Sequence record: SRR31156797_4985
Length of the DNA stretch: 51,011 nt
Direction: 5' to 3' (one strand)
Shown here piece after piece: positions 37,590 through 46,598 of the stretch. Below the pieces are notes generated by a model. The model did not search any database. It had not been told where the DNA came from and saw only the letters and a program-made list of their open reading frames with translations. Numbering within the stretch: the first letter of the stretch is position 1; each line of letters begins with the position of its first letter. Position numbers and translations under genes: made by a program.

Positions 37590-40500
37590 ATGGCAGAAAA
37601 GTTTCATATTCCGGTCAATTATAATTTTATGTCTAAAAGTGGATTTTTGGGAAAGGTTGCTGTTATAATTCTTATTGTGCATATTTTTCTATGTTCAAAT
37701 ATAAAGGCTAATGATGAGAAAAGGGTTTTGCTAATTAGTTCGTATGGCCCAAGTTTTCCTACTTTTTTTCAAATGATTGATGGAATTAAAAGTGAAATTG
37801 AAGGGCAAAATATTGAGCTGAATATTGAATTTATAGATGGGAAGCGTTTTGCAGATTCTGTAAATATTCATAATTTTTTAAATCTTATAACACATAAATT
37901 AGAAAAGCTTCCAAGGTTTGACGCAGTAATTACGAGTGATGATATTGCGTTACACTTAGTTCTGGAACATCAAAATACCTTATTTTCAGAAATTCCAATT
38001 GTTTTTACTGGAGTTAATAATATTGATTTTGCCCTGGCACAAAATAACAATGAGTGGGTGACAGGTGTAGCAGAAACAGTTTCGATGCAGGAAACACTGG
38101 CTTTAATGATGGATCTTTTTCCGGATACAGAGCGATTGTGTGCTATTGTTGATAATACAATTACAGGCCAGGGAGATTATAAAATGTTCAATCTTTGTAA
38201 AGAAAAATTTAGAGATGTTGCGTTAGATTGTTTGTCTTTAACAGATCTATCCTTTGATGAATTTGGTGACAGTTTGAAGAGCATCCCTGATAATATGCCT
38301 GTATTGTTGATATCTGCCTATAATGATAAGAACAACAATAATTTAAATTTTAGCGAAAGTTTAAAACTGATAAAGCAAAACTTATCAGCGCCTCTTTTTC
38401 ATATTTATTACCATGGACTTGGTGATGGAATATTGGGAGGAAAGATGGTTTCACATTTTGAGTTAGGTAAGAGTGCAGCAAATATTACTCAAAAGATTTT
38501 AAACGGGGAAAAAGTAAGTGGTATTCCTGTCCAAACAAAAAGTCCTAATAAATATGCTTTTGATTTTAATGAAATAAAAAAATATAAAATAGATCAAGCA
38601 AGTCTCCCTACTTCATCGAAAATTATTAATCAACCAGAATCTTTCTTTTTCCGTTATCGCATTCAGATATTAAGCATTTTGGCTTTTGTAGCCTTTCAAT
38701 CGTTTATAATAATACTGCTTTTAGTAAATATCAAAAAGAAGAAGCAAGTTCAGGGGAGCCTTAAGAATAAGGTGGATGAATATCTTTCGTTGAATGATGA
38801 GTATCTTGCCTTAAACGAAGAGTACAAGGCCATTAATGAAGATTTACAGGTTAAGAATGAAGAACTAGCTTCAGCAGAAGAAGAGTTAAGGGCAAATTTA
38901 GAAGAACTTTATGCTATAAATGATGAGCTTGAGTTGAGTGAAGAAAGATTTAGACTAGCGCTGGAGGCTAGTAATGATGGCCTTTGGGACTGGAATTTAA
39001 TAAGCAACGAAGTGTTTTTCTCTACCCGATGGAAGGCTATGTTGGGCTATGAAAAGAATGAGCTTGAGGATTCATTTGAGGTATGGAAGAGTTTGTTGCA
39101 TAAAAATGATACTGATCGCGCTATTTCTGAGGTTGAAGATTATATAAAAGGGAAAAAAGATAAGTATGAACTAGAGTTTAGAATGAAGCATAAAGCAGGG
39201 CATTATGTTTTTATTCTGGCTAGGGGTATATTAATGAGGCGCAAAAATGGAAGCCCTTATCGAATCATAGGTACTCATCAGGATCTGACACCCAGATACA
39301 TTCTGGAAAAGCAATTAAAAGATCAAATTTCGGAATATCTTCAGTTAAATCAAGATTACCAACGTATTAATGAAGAGCTAAGATCTCGGAATCATGAATT
39401 AATAGCAGCCGAAGAAGAACTTAGAGCTAATTTAGAAGAATTAGAACTTAAGAGAGAGGAAATAGAAGTTAGTGAAGAAAGATTTCGTTTAGCCATTGAA
39501 GCGACTAATGATGGTATCTGGGATTGGAATTTAGAAACAGAAGAGGTCTATCTCTCTGCAAAGTGGAAAGAAATATTAGGATATCGGGATGAGGAATTGC
39601 CAAACAAATTAGATACTTGGAAGGAGCTTGTTCATCAGGAGGATTTACCTGATGCGCTTGAAAATGTTAACGGTTTTATATCTGGTAATTCAGAGACTTA
39701 TGATGTTGAATTTAGGATGAAGCACAAAGCGGGGCATTTTATCCATATCTGGTCTCGTGGCTTAATGATGCGAAATAGAAAAGGGAAGGCTTATCGAATT
39801 ATTGGAACACATTATGACTTAACAGAGAGATACGCCCACGAAAGAGTTTTAAAGGAGCAGGTGGAAGAAAATCTTTCATTATATGAGGAATACAGAACAA
39901 TAAGTGAGGAACTAAAAGTAAAGAATGATCATTTGCTGTCTGCAGAGGAGAAGTTAAAATCAAATAATGAAGAATTATTTAAAAGAAATGAGGCTCTAAA
40001 AGAAAGTGAAGATCGTTTTCGCTCTTTGTTTGAGAATCATTCATTGGCATTTGTGCTTTGTGAAATAATAAAGGATGAAAATGGTAAAGCAAAAGATATG
40101 CTAATTAGAAATGCCAATCCTGAATTCATTAAACAAACCCAGGTGTTAAACAAGGCTGTAAAAGGAAAAAAATGGTCGGAGGTATTCAAAAACCCTGATT
40201 CAGGTATCTTAAGTAGCTTTTTTAATGTGGTTGAGAACAACGAAAAATATCGTTCTACTATATATTCAAAGCATTTGGATAAGTATTTCGATGTAAATGC
40301 ATATTGTCCAAAGGATAATTATTTTTCCGCAATATTTGATGATATAACTGCAAAAGTAAGAGCTGAAGAAGAACTCGAAACAGAAAAAGACCGTAGTCAG
40401 TTAATTCTTAAAGGAACCAATGCTGGTACCTGGGATCATAACCTGGTAAAGTCGACGCTTAATTTAAATGAGAGATGGGCAAATATGCTGGGCTACACAT

Positions 40501-42059
40501 TGGCCGATTTTGGAGAAATAAAACATGAAGCATGGGCTTCTTTAATAGAGATTGATGATTTAAATAAATTTAATTCGAAATATAGTGATCTGTTAAATGG
40601 GAAAATTGATTTTCTTGATGAAGTAATTAGACAAAAACATAAAGATGGTCATTGGGTTTGGTTGCGTTCCAGGGGTAATATTGTAGAATGGGATGGAGAT
40701 GGAAATGCTGTAAGAATCAGTGGAACCTTTATGGATGTATCAGAGTCGCAGGAGGCTAATATTAAATTAACTCAACAGCGCGATGAGTACAGCAGATTGT
40801 ATAAAACTTATGAACAAGTAATTAACGGAGCAACTATTGGAACTTTCGAAAGACATGTGCCAACGGACAAAGTAGTGCGAAATAAGGTTGCTGCAAATAT
40901 GATTGGTTTTAAGCTGGAAGAATTAGGTGAGGATAATTCTTTTTGGATGAGTAGGGTGCACCCTGATGATTTGGAGAAAACGAATTTTGGATGTGCGATA
41001 AAACAAGACTCAAGTATACAAAGTTTTGATATTACCTATAGAGTGTTGCATAAAAAAGGCCATTATATCTGGGTGCAATGTAAAGGAAATGTAACGGACA
41101 GAGATGAATATGGAGCTCCTGTTAAGGTGAGTGGAATTACCATGGAGATAACCAAACAAAAAGAGGCAGAGGCTGCATTAATTAACAGTGAACGAAGGTT
41201 TAAAACCATTTTTGATAAGAGTAAAACAGTTATGCTCATTGTAGATCCGGAATCAAAAATGGTTGTGGATGCGAACGAATCTGCTCAGCATTTTTATGGT
41301 TATTCTAAGGAAGAGTTTGATCAATTAAGTATTCGTACAATTAACCGAATTGATCCACTTACTATTGAGCAGCGGATGAAGGGTGCCATTAATGAAGAAA
41401 GAAATTACTTCAAGTTTAAACACCATCTTAAATCCAATGAGATAAGAAATGTGGAAGTTTATACTTCTCCTATTATTGTGGAGGATAAAAAACTATTGCA
41501 TTTAATAGTTATTGATACTACAAAGGCGGATGAGGCAGAATATCAGATTAATCAGATTAATAAACGTTTTCAAGGATTGGAGCGAATAGTACATTACAAA
41601 GCTAGTTCAATTAATGATTTATTGCAATATACTCTTCAACAGATTATTGATTACACCAATAGTGATATGGGAGCCGTATATCATTACGATGAGGCTAAAA
41701 GTATTTTTTATTTAAATGATTGGTCGGATAAAGTAGCTTTGTCTGTAAGAGCTGCTCAAAACGGGAAAGAATTACATAAGCAGGATTGCTTAAATTTGGC
41801 TGTAAAAAACAAGGAGACTGTAATTATTAATCATCCTGAGTCTAATTATACATTCCAAAAAGGCCAGCAAGGTCAATATGTAAAGTCCATAACCATTCCT
41901 GTAGTTGCAGATAATAAAGTGGTCTCTGTTTTTTGGCTGGCGAGCAAAAATAACGAGTATTCTCGTTTTCATGCTGAACAAATTATGCTCTTGTTAGATA
42001 CTACCTGGATTTTAGTTGAACGTCAGAAACTACAGGATACTCAAAGTAAAATTTCGTAA
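37590..42059 (+). CDS. Membrane sensor: ABC substrate-binding-like domain, TM, coiled coils, six PAS, GAF; no output domain
   Basis: RVLLISSY, PIVFTGVN, GDGILGG; TM IQILSILAFVAFQSFIIILLL; PAS starts at DGLWDW, DGIWDW, LAFVLC, AGTWDH, IGTFER, TVMLIVD; C-terminal GAF (ITIPVV..VFWLASK). Confidence 0.88.
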   Translation: MAEKFHIPVNYNFMSKSGFLGKVAVIILIVHIFLCSNIKANDEKRVLLISSYGPSFPTFFQMIDGIKSEIEGQNIELNIEFIDGKRFADSVNIHNFLNLITHKLEKLPRFDAVITSDDIALHLVLEHQNTLFSEIPIVFTGVNNIDFALAQNNNEWVTGVAETVSMQETLALMMDLFPDTERLCAIVDNTITGQGDYKMFNLCKEKFRDVALDCLSLTDLSFDEFGDSLKSIPDNMPVLLISAYNDKNNNNLNFSESLKLIKQNLSAPLFHIYYHGLGDGILGGKMVSHFELGKSAANITQKILNGEKVSGIPVQTKSPNKYAFDFNEIKKYKIDQASLPTSSKIINQPESFFFRYRIQILSILAFVAFQSFIIILLLVNIKKKKQVQGSLKNKVDEYLSLNDEYLALNEEYKAINEDLQVKNEELASAEEELRANLEELYAINDELELSEERFRLALEASNDGLWDWNLISNEVFFSTRWKAMLGYEKNELEDSFEVWKSLLHKNDTDRAISEVEDYIKGKKDKYELEFRMKHKAGHYVFILARGILMRRKNGSPYRIIGTHQDLTPRYILEKQLKDQISEYLQLNQDYQRINEELRSRNHELIAAEEELRANLEELELKREEIEVSEERFRLAIEATNDGIWDWNLETEEVYLSAKWKEILGYRDEELPNKLDTWKELVHQEDLPDALENVNGFISGNSETYDVEFRMKHKAGHFIHIWSRGLMMRNRKGKAYRIIGTHYDLTERYAHERVLKEQVEENLSLYEEYRTISEELKVKNDHLLSAEEKLKSNNEELFKRNEALKESEDRFRSLFENHSLAFVLCEIIKDENGKAKDMLIRNANPEFIKQTQVLNKAVKGKKWSEVFKNPDSGILSSFFNVVENNEKYRSTIYSKHLDKYFDVNAYCPKDNYFSAIFDDITAKVRAEEELETEKDRSQLILKGTNAGTWDHNLVKSTLNLNERWANMLGYTLADFGEIKHEAWASLIEIDDLNKFNSKYSDLLNGKIDFLDEVIRQKHKDGHWVWLRSRGNIVEWDGDGNAVRISGTFMDVSESQEANIKLTQQRDEYSRLYKTYEQVINGATIGTFERHVPTDKVVRNKVAANMIGFKLEELGEDNSFWMSRVHPDDLEKTNFGCAIKQDSSIQSFDITYRVLHKKGHYIWVQCKGNVTDRDEYGAPVKVSGITMEITKQKEAEAALINSERRFKTIFDKSKTVMLIVDPESKMVVDANESAQHFYGYSKEEFDQLSIRTINRIDPLTIEQRMKGAINEERNYFKFKHHLKSNEIRNVEVYTSPIIVEDKKLLHLIVIDTTKADEAEYQINQINKRFQGLERIVHYKASSINDLLQYTLQQIIDYTNSDMGAVYHYDEAKSIFYLNDWSDKVALSVRAAQNGKELHKQDCLNLAVKNKETVIINHPESNYTFQKGQQGQYVKSITIPVVADNKVVSVFWLASKNNEYSRFHAEQIMLLLDTTWILVERQKLQDTQSKIS
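38760..40030 (+). repeat. Intragenic 534-bp (178-aa) coiled-coil+PAS module repeat
   Basis: E(E/D)RF codons begin at 38940, 39474 and 40008, exactly 534 bp apart. Confidence 0.85.
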
Positions 42060-42199
42060 GCACTTATTCAGAAATGCCTTATGAATTAAGTGAAATGTAA
42101 TGTTATTTTAGGAGGAAGATAAAGTTATCTATAACTAAATAATGCTTTAATATGTTGTAGAATACATTTTTTGAGGACTTAAGTATGCGCAATTTATTA

Positions 42200-42207
42200 T
42201 AGTTTTG
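42200..42207 (+). promoter_or_regulatory. -7 promoter box
   Basis: TAGTTTTG upstream of the CoA-transferase gene. Confidence 0.6.
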
Positions 42208-42254
42208 CACCGCATCTTGAAAAATTAAAGAAAAAAATCTCTAAATAAACTAAC

Positions 42255-43562
42255 ATGCAGTATAAAAGTGTAAGCGCAGAAGAAGCAGTTAAGGTAATTA
42301 AAACTGGCGACAGAGTTCACCTGAGTAGTGTGGCGGTGACTCCTCATAAATTAATTAAGGCTATGGTTGAACGTGGCCGTAACAAAGAATTTTATGATGT
42401 AAAAGTTCAACATATCCACATTGAAAACAAAGTTGACTTTGCAGATCCTGAGTTTGAAGGCGTATTTGTGTCTGAGCAATTTTTTGTAGGAGGTAACCTA
42501 CGTAAGCAAACGCAAGCTGGATATGCAGATTATATTCCTGCTTTCTTAAGTGAAACACAAAAGTTAATTCGTGAAGGTTATTTAAAGGTAAACGTTGCTT
42601 TAGTAATGGTTTCCACTCCAGATAAACACGGTTTTGTTTCTTTAGGAACTTCTGTAGATGCTACTAAAGCTGCTATTGAGTGTGCAGATGTTGTAATTGC
42701 AGCAGTTAATCCTAATGTTCCTCGTGCCTGGGGTGATGCAATTTTCCACATGAGTGAAATTGATTATTTTGTTGAGGATGACAGCCCGCTTTATACACAT
42801 GATATGGGTGAGTTAACTGAAACAGATATCGAAATTGGTAAAAATGTAGCTGAGTTAATCGAAGATGGTGCATGTTTACAAATGGGTATCGGTGGTATTC
42901 CGAATGCAGTACTTGCACAGTTAGGAAACCACAAAGATTTAGGTGTACATACTGAAATGTTTGCTGATGGAATCCTTCCATTGGTTGAAAAAGGTGTTGT
43001 AAACGGTAAGCGTAAGCAAATTGATCCGGGTAAGATGGTAGCATCTTTCTTAATGGGATCTCAAAAATTATATGATTTTATCGATGATAACCCAATGGTT
43101 GCTATGATGGATGTGCGTCACACAAATAGTGTAAATATTATTCGTCAGAACCATAAGGTAACAGCTATTAACTCTGCTTTAGCTATCGATATTACAGGTC
43201 AGGTTTGTGCCGATTCTATTGGAACTAAGCACTATTCTGGTGTAGGTGGACAAATCGACTTTATTCGTGGAGCAGGCTATTCTGAAGGTGGTAAGCCAAT
43301 TATTGCCATGCCATCGGTAACTGCTAAAGGTTTATCTAAAATTTCTCCAATCTTATTACCTGGATCAGGTGTAGTAACAACACGTGCTAACATGCACTGG
43401 TTTGTAACTGAGTTTGGAGCAGTTAATTTATATGGTCAAACAATGCAGGAAAGAGCTAAGCGTATTATCTCTGTGGCTCACCCTGATCATCAGGAAGAGT
43501 TGGATAAAGCTGCTTTTGAGCGTTTTGGCCCTCACTACCACTATGTAAATAAGAATATCTAA
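42255..43562 (+). CDS. Acetyl-CoA hydrolase / 4-hydroxybutyrate CoA-transferase family protein
   Basis: LQMGIGGIPNAV, GVHTEM, SGVGGQIDF, VTEFG, AHPDH. Confidence 0.93.
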   Translation: MQYKSVSAEEAVKVIKTGDRVHLSSVAVTPHKLIKAMVERGRNKEFYDVKVQHIHIENKVDFADPEFEGVFVSEQFFVGGNLRKQTQAGYADYIPAFLSETQKLIREGYLKVNVALVMVSTPDKHGFVSLGTSVDATKAAIECADVVIAAVNPNVPRAWGDAIFHMSEIDYFVEDDSPLYTHDMGELTETDIEIGKNVAELIEDGACLQMGIGGIPNAVLAQLGNHKDLGVHTEMFADGILPLVEKGVVNGKRKQIDPGKMVASFLMGSQKLYDFIDDNPMVAMMDVRHTNSVNIIRQNHKVTAINSALAIDITGQVCADSIGTKHYSGVGGQIDFIRGAGYSEGGKPIIAMPSVTAKGLSKISPILLPGSGVVTTRANMHWFVTEFGAVNLYGQTMQERAKRIISVAHPDHQEELDKAAFERFGPHYHYVNKNI

Positions 43563-43595
43563 GATTATATTCTAATACAACTATAAAGTTTTCCC

Positions 43596-43627
43596 AAAGC
43601 TGCTTCATATTCGAAGCAGCTTTTTTT
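43596..43627 (+). terminator. Intrinsic terminator
   Basis: AAAGCTGCTTC-ATATTC-GAAGCAGCTTT followed by a T tract. Confidence 0.9.
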
Positions 43628-43735
43628 GTATTTACAAGCGCAGGTATTTTATACAGTGTAAAATATTATTCAAAGATTCACGTTTTTATGGATGAGTATT
43701 TTACATTATTTTTACGCCTTATTATAAGGTTCTTC

Positions 43736-45292
43736 ATGAAAAAACATCATATATATATATTACTAGCTGAAGCTGTTTTGGCTTCTGTCCTTTTGAGTTG
43801 CTCTAGTGGTAAAAAAGTAATGCAGGCACAAAAAGCATTCGAAATTGGAGAGTATACCAAAGCGGCAGAACTCTATAAAAAAGCTTATTCTAAAGAAAAA
43901 AACAAATACAATAAGGGAGAGTATTCTTATTTTATGGGGGAATGCTACCGAATTGTCAATCGACCAACAAAGGCTGCTTCGGCATATTCTAAGGCTGTAC
44001 GATATAATTATCCGGTACGGGAAGCGCAATTGTTTATGGCAGAATGTTACCGTGAGGCTGGAAAAATAGACAAAGCTATTCCCGAATATGAGGCTTACCT
44101 TGAAAAAGTTCCGGCCGACATCCGTGCGCAAAAAGGATTGGCATCTTGTATGATGATGCAGAAAGAGCTAAAAGCCAACCGTTATATTGTTGAAAAAATA
44201 AAGGCATTGAATAGTAAGTTTAGTGATTTTTCTCCTGCGTTCGTGGGAAAATCTTTCGATTATATTATTTTCTCTTCCATGCGTACTGAAGCTAAACGAA
44301 GAAGAAAAAATAGAATTACAGGCCAGGGAACTTCGGCACTGTATTTCTCAAAAATTGATAGCAAAGGAAAATGGTCGGAACCGGAAGCGTTTGAAGAACC
44401 TATTAATAATCCGGGCTTTGATGATGGAGCACCTAATGTAAGTAGTGATGGAAAGTCATTGTATTTTACCCGTTGTCGCTTTGATAATGAGCATCCCATG
44501 GGGGCGGAGATAGTATTTTGTGCCCGAAGTGGAGGAAAATGGGCAGAGCCTGAAACGATTGTTATTGGAGAAGATAGTCTTGTTGTGGCACATCCGTCTA
44601 TAAATGCCGAAGGTAATGTGTTATATTTTGTAAGCGATCGTGAAGGAGGTTACGGAGGAAAGGATATCTGGAAAACAGAAGCCATGAGTGATGGTCAGTG
44701 GGGTGAAGCCCAAAACTTAGGTTCTGCAATAAATACGCCGGGTGATGAAATGTTTCCATACATGCGAGAAGATGGTGTTTTGTATTTTAGCTCAGACTCG
44801 CACAAAGGTTTTGGGGGACTGGATATCTTTAAAGCCGAACTGGATGAGGAAGAACAATGGCAAGTCGTAAATATGGGAATGCCGATTAACAGTAATGGAG
44901 ATGACTTTGGAATTACTTTTAAAGGTGATCAGGAAGAAGGAGTGTTTTCTTCATCGCGAGGTAGTTCAAAAGGAGTGGATAATCTATACAGTTTTATTTT
45001 ACCAAAGCTTAATTTTTCACTCAATGGAACTATTACCAATGTAAATGGAGAAGTGGTGCAGAATGCTTATTTAAGACTTATTGGTAGTGATGGTACAGCT
45101 TTAAAAGTAAATGCTCCTTCGGATGGAACTTTCAAAGTAAAGTTAAAGCCCGACACGGATTATGTGATGCTTATTGCTTCAGAAGGATATTTAAATCAAA
45201 AAATTAAGTTTAGCACTTCAGGTGAAATGGATGATAAAGACTATGCATTTGATGTTGTGATGGAAAAACCCATGCAAAAGGTGGAGAATTAG
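43736..45292 (+). CDS. TPR-PD40 lipoprotein (PorE-like architecture without OmpA domain)
   Basis: Lipobox LLSC, TPR repeats, WD40-like repeats (LYFVSDREGGYGGKDIW, LYFSSDSHKGFGGLDIF), C-terminal carboxypeptidase-regulatory-like domain; start moved to 43736. Confidence 0.85.
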   Translation: MKKHHIYILLAEAVLASVLLSCSSGKKVMQAQKAFEIGEYTKAAELYKKAYSKEKNKYNKGEYSYFMGECYRIVNRPTKAASAYSKAVRYNYPVREAQLFMAECYREAGKIDKAIPEYEAYLEKVPADIRAQKGLASCMMMQKELKANRYIVEKIKALNSKFSDFSPAFVGKSFDYIIFSSMRTEAKRRRKNRITGQGTSALYFSKIDSKGKWSEPEAFEEPINNPGFDDGAPNVSSDGKSLYFTRCRFDNEHPMGAEIVFCARSGGKWAEPETIVIGEDSLVVAHPSINAEGNVLYFVSDREGGYGGKDIWKTEAMSDGQWGEAQNLGSAINTPGDEMFPYMREDGVLYFSSDSHKGFGGLDIFKAELDEEEQWQVVNMGMPINSNGDDFGITFKGDQEEGVFSSSRGSSKGVDNLYSFILPKLNFSLNGTITNVNGEVVQNAYLRLIGSDGTALKVNAPSDGTFKVKLKPDTDYVMLIASEGYLNQKIKFSTSGEMDDKDYAFDVVMEKPMQKVEN

Positions 45293-45329
45293 CAGGAAAT
45301 TCTCTTAGCTATGTGAAGTAGTTTTATTG

Positions 45330-46358
45330 TTACTCCACAATTTTCTCAATTACTTTTTTGGGAGAAGCATGTTCTTGATAGTAATTCTGAGCTCTGGTAC
45401 TTAATTCTTCACAATAGTTTTCATCATGTAATAACAAAGTAAGGTCTTCTTCAATATTGTCTGTATTTAATATTGTATGCAATGGCAACTGACCAGAACC
45501 ATATAAAGGAAAATAATTGGAGAGCTTTGTCGAAATAATAGCTTTTCCCATGGCCAGGTATTCGCCTAGTTTCCAGCCGTGGCAATCGTGTACAGCAGGA
45601 GTGTTGAAAGCTATAGCAGATTGTTTTGTTTTTTCTACATAAGTAAAAACATCCATTTTCTTGGTAAAAGCTACATGCTTGTATTGCTTATAATCAGGGT
45701 GTGAAGGACTGGCAAATAAACCACCTTCGAAGTCTACTTTTAACTTTTTGCATGTTTCAATAAATCTCAAACGTAGAGGATTTGTTGTAGTCAGGCAGTT
45801 TTTGTGCGGCCATAACCTTCCAATCATAAAAACATATGTTTTTGTTTTGGGGGCTGAAGAAGATGGACTTTCATAATCCTGAATCGCAGGACGTTCAAAT
45901 TGATCCATGTAATCTTCGTAATGACGCTTGAATTTTACATGAGGCTTTCTTTTGCTTCGTAAAAAATTACGCAGGCAATGCTTAATGGTTTCTTTCTTGT
46001 TCCATATTTTAATACCAAAACCCGGAGGAATAACTATTAATTTTTCCTTCTCAAATACCACCTCTTTGGTATTGTTTATTTTGGCATAGCGATCGCACCA
46101 ATTGTAAGCATTCTCATCAATAATTGTCTTGTCCCAAAAATCAATTATATATCTTTTATCTTGATCATCTTTTTTTACAACAAAGGCCATGTAATGATCA
46201 TACAACTCTTTGTCCTCTCTCTTTTTTAAACCGTTAAAAGGCTTGGCAGAAAAGTGAACATTATCTTTTCCATAGAAATCATACAGTCCCTGGATGTAAT
46301 AAGATGAGTACAGCACTTTAATGCTGGGGTCGATATATACTTGAGCCGATTTTTGCAT
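45330..46358 (-). CDS. Glycosyltransferase-like protein (GT-B C-terminal motif)
   Basis: WKLGEYLAMGKAIIST and terminal AQNYYQEHASP helix; start moved to 46358. Confidence 0.7.
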   Translation of the reverse strand: MQKSAQVYIDPSIKVLYSSYYIQGLYDFYGKDNVHFSAKPFNGLKKREDKELYDHYMAFVVKKDDQDKRYIIDFWDKTIIDENAYNWCDRYAKINNTKEVVFEKEKLIVIPPGFGIKIWNKKETIKHCLRNFLRSKRKPHVKFKRHYEDYMDQFERPAIQDYESPSSSAPKTKTYVFMIGRLWPHKNCLTTTNPLRLRFIETCKKLKVDFEGGLFASPSHPDYKQYKHVAFTKKMDVFTYVEKTKQSAIAFNTPAVHDCHGWKLGEYLAMGKAIISTKLSNYFPLYGSGQLPLHTILNTDNIEEDLTLLLHDENYCEELSTRAQNYYQEHASPKKVIEKIVE

Positions 46359-46562
46359 TTTTTTGAGAATTGGATAACGAAAGTAAAATAACATGGAGTT
46401 AAATACAAGTCTGCTATCAGTATATGTTACCGATTGGTCAAAAATTAAGTTTTAGTTAACATGCTTTTGCTTTTAATAAATGGAATTTGACTCATTCTAT
46501 GTTTTTATGATGCATATTGTTGGTTAAACTGTCTAGTATTCTGTATAGTGATAAATTTGTAT

Positions 46563-46570
46563 TATTTTTG
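46563..46570 (+). promoter_or_regulatory. -7 promoter box of purM
   Basis: TATTTTTG 28 nt upstream of the GTG start. Confidence 0.55.
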
Positions 46571-46598
46571 TGCTCCGAAATTTGTAAAGTAATTTTCA

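Noticed and set aside
42060-42254. Frameshifted kinase domain continuing the 1489-aa sensor
   Set aside because: Too short, AT-rich, no H-box visible, and it contains the next gene's promoter
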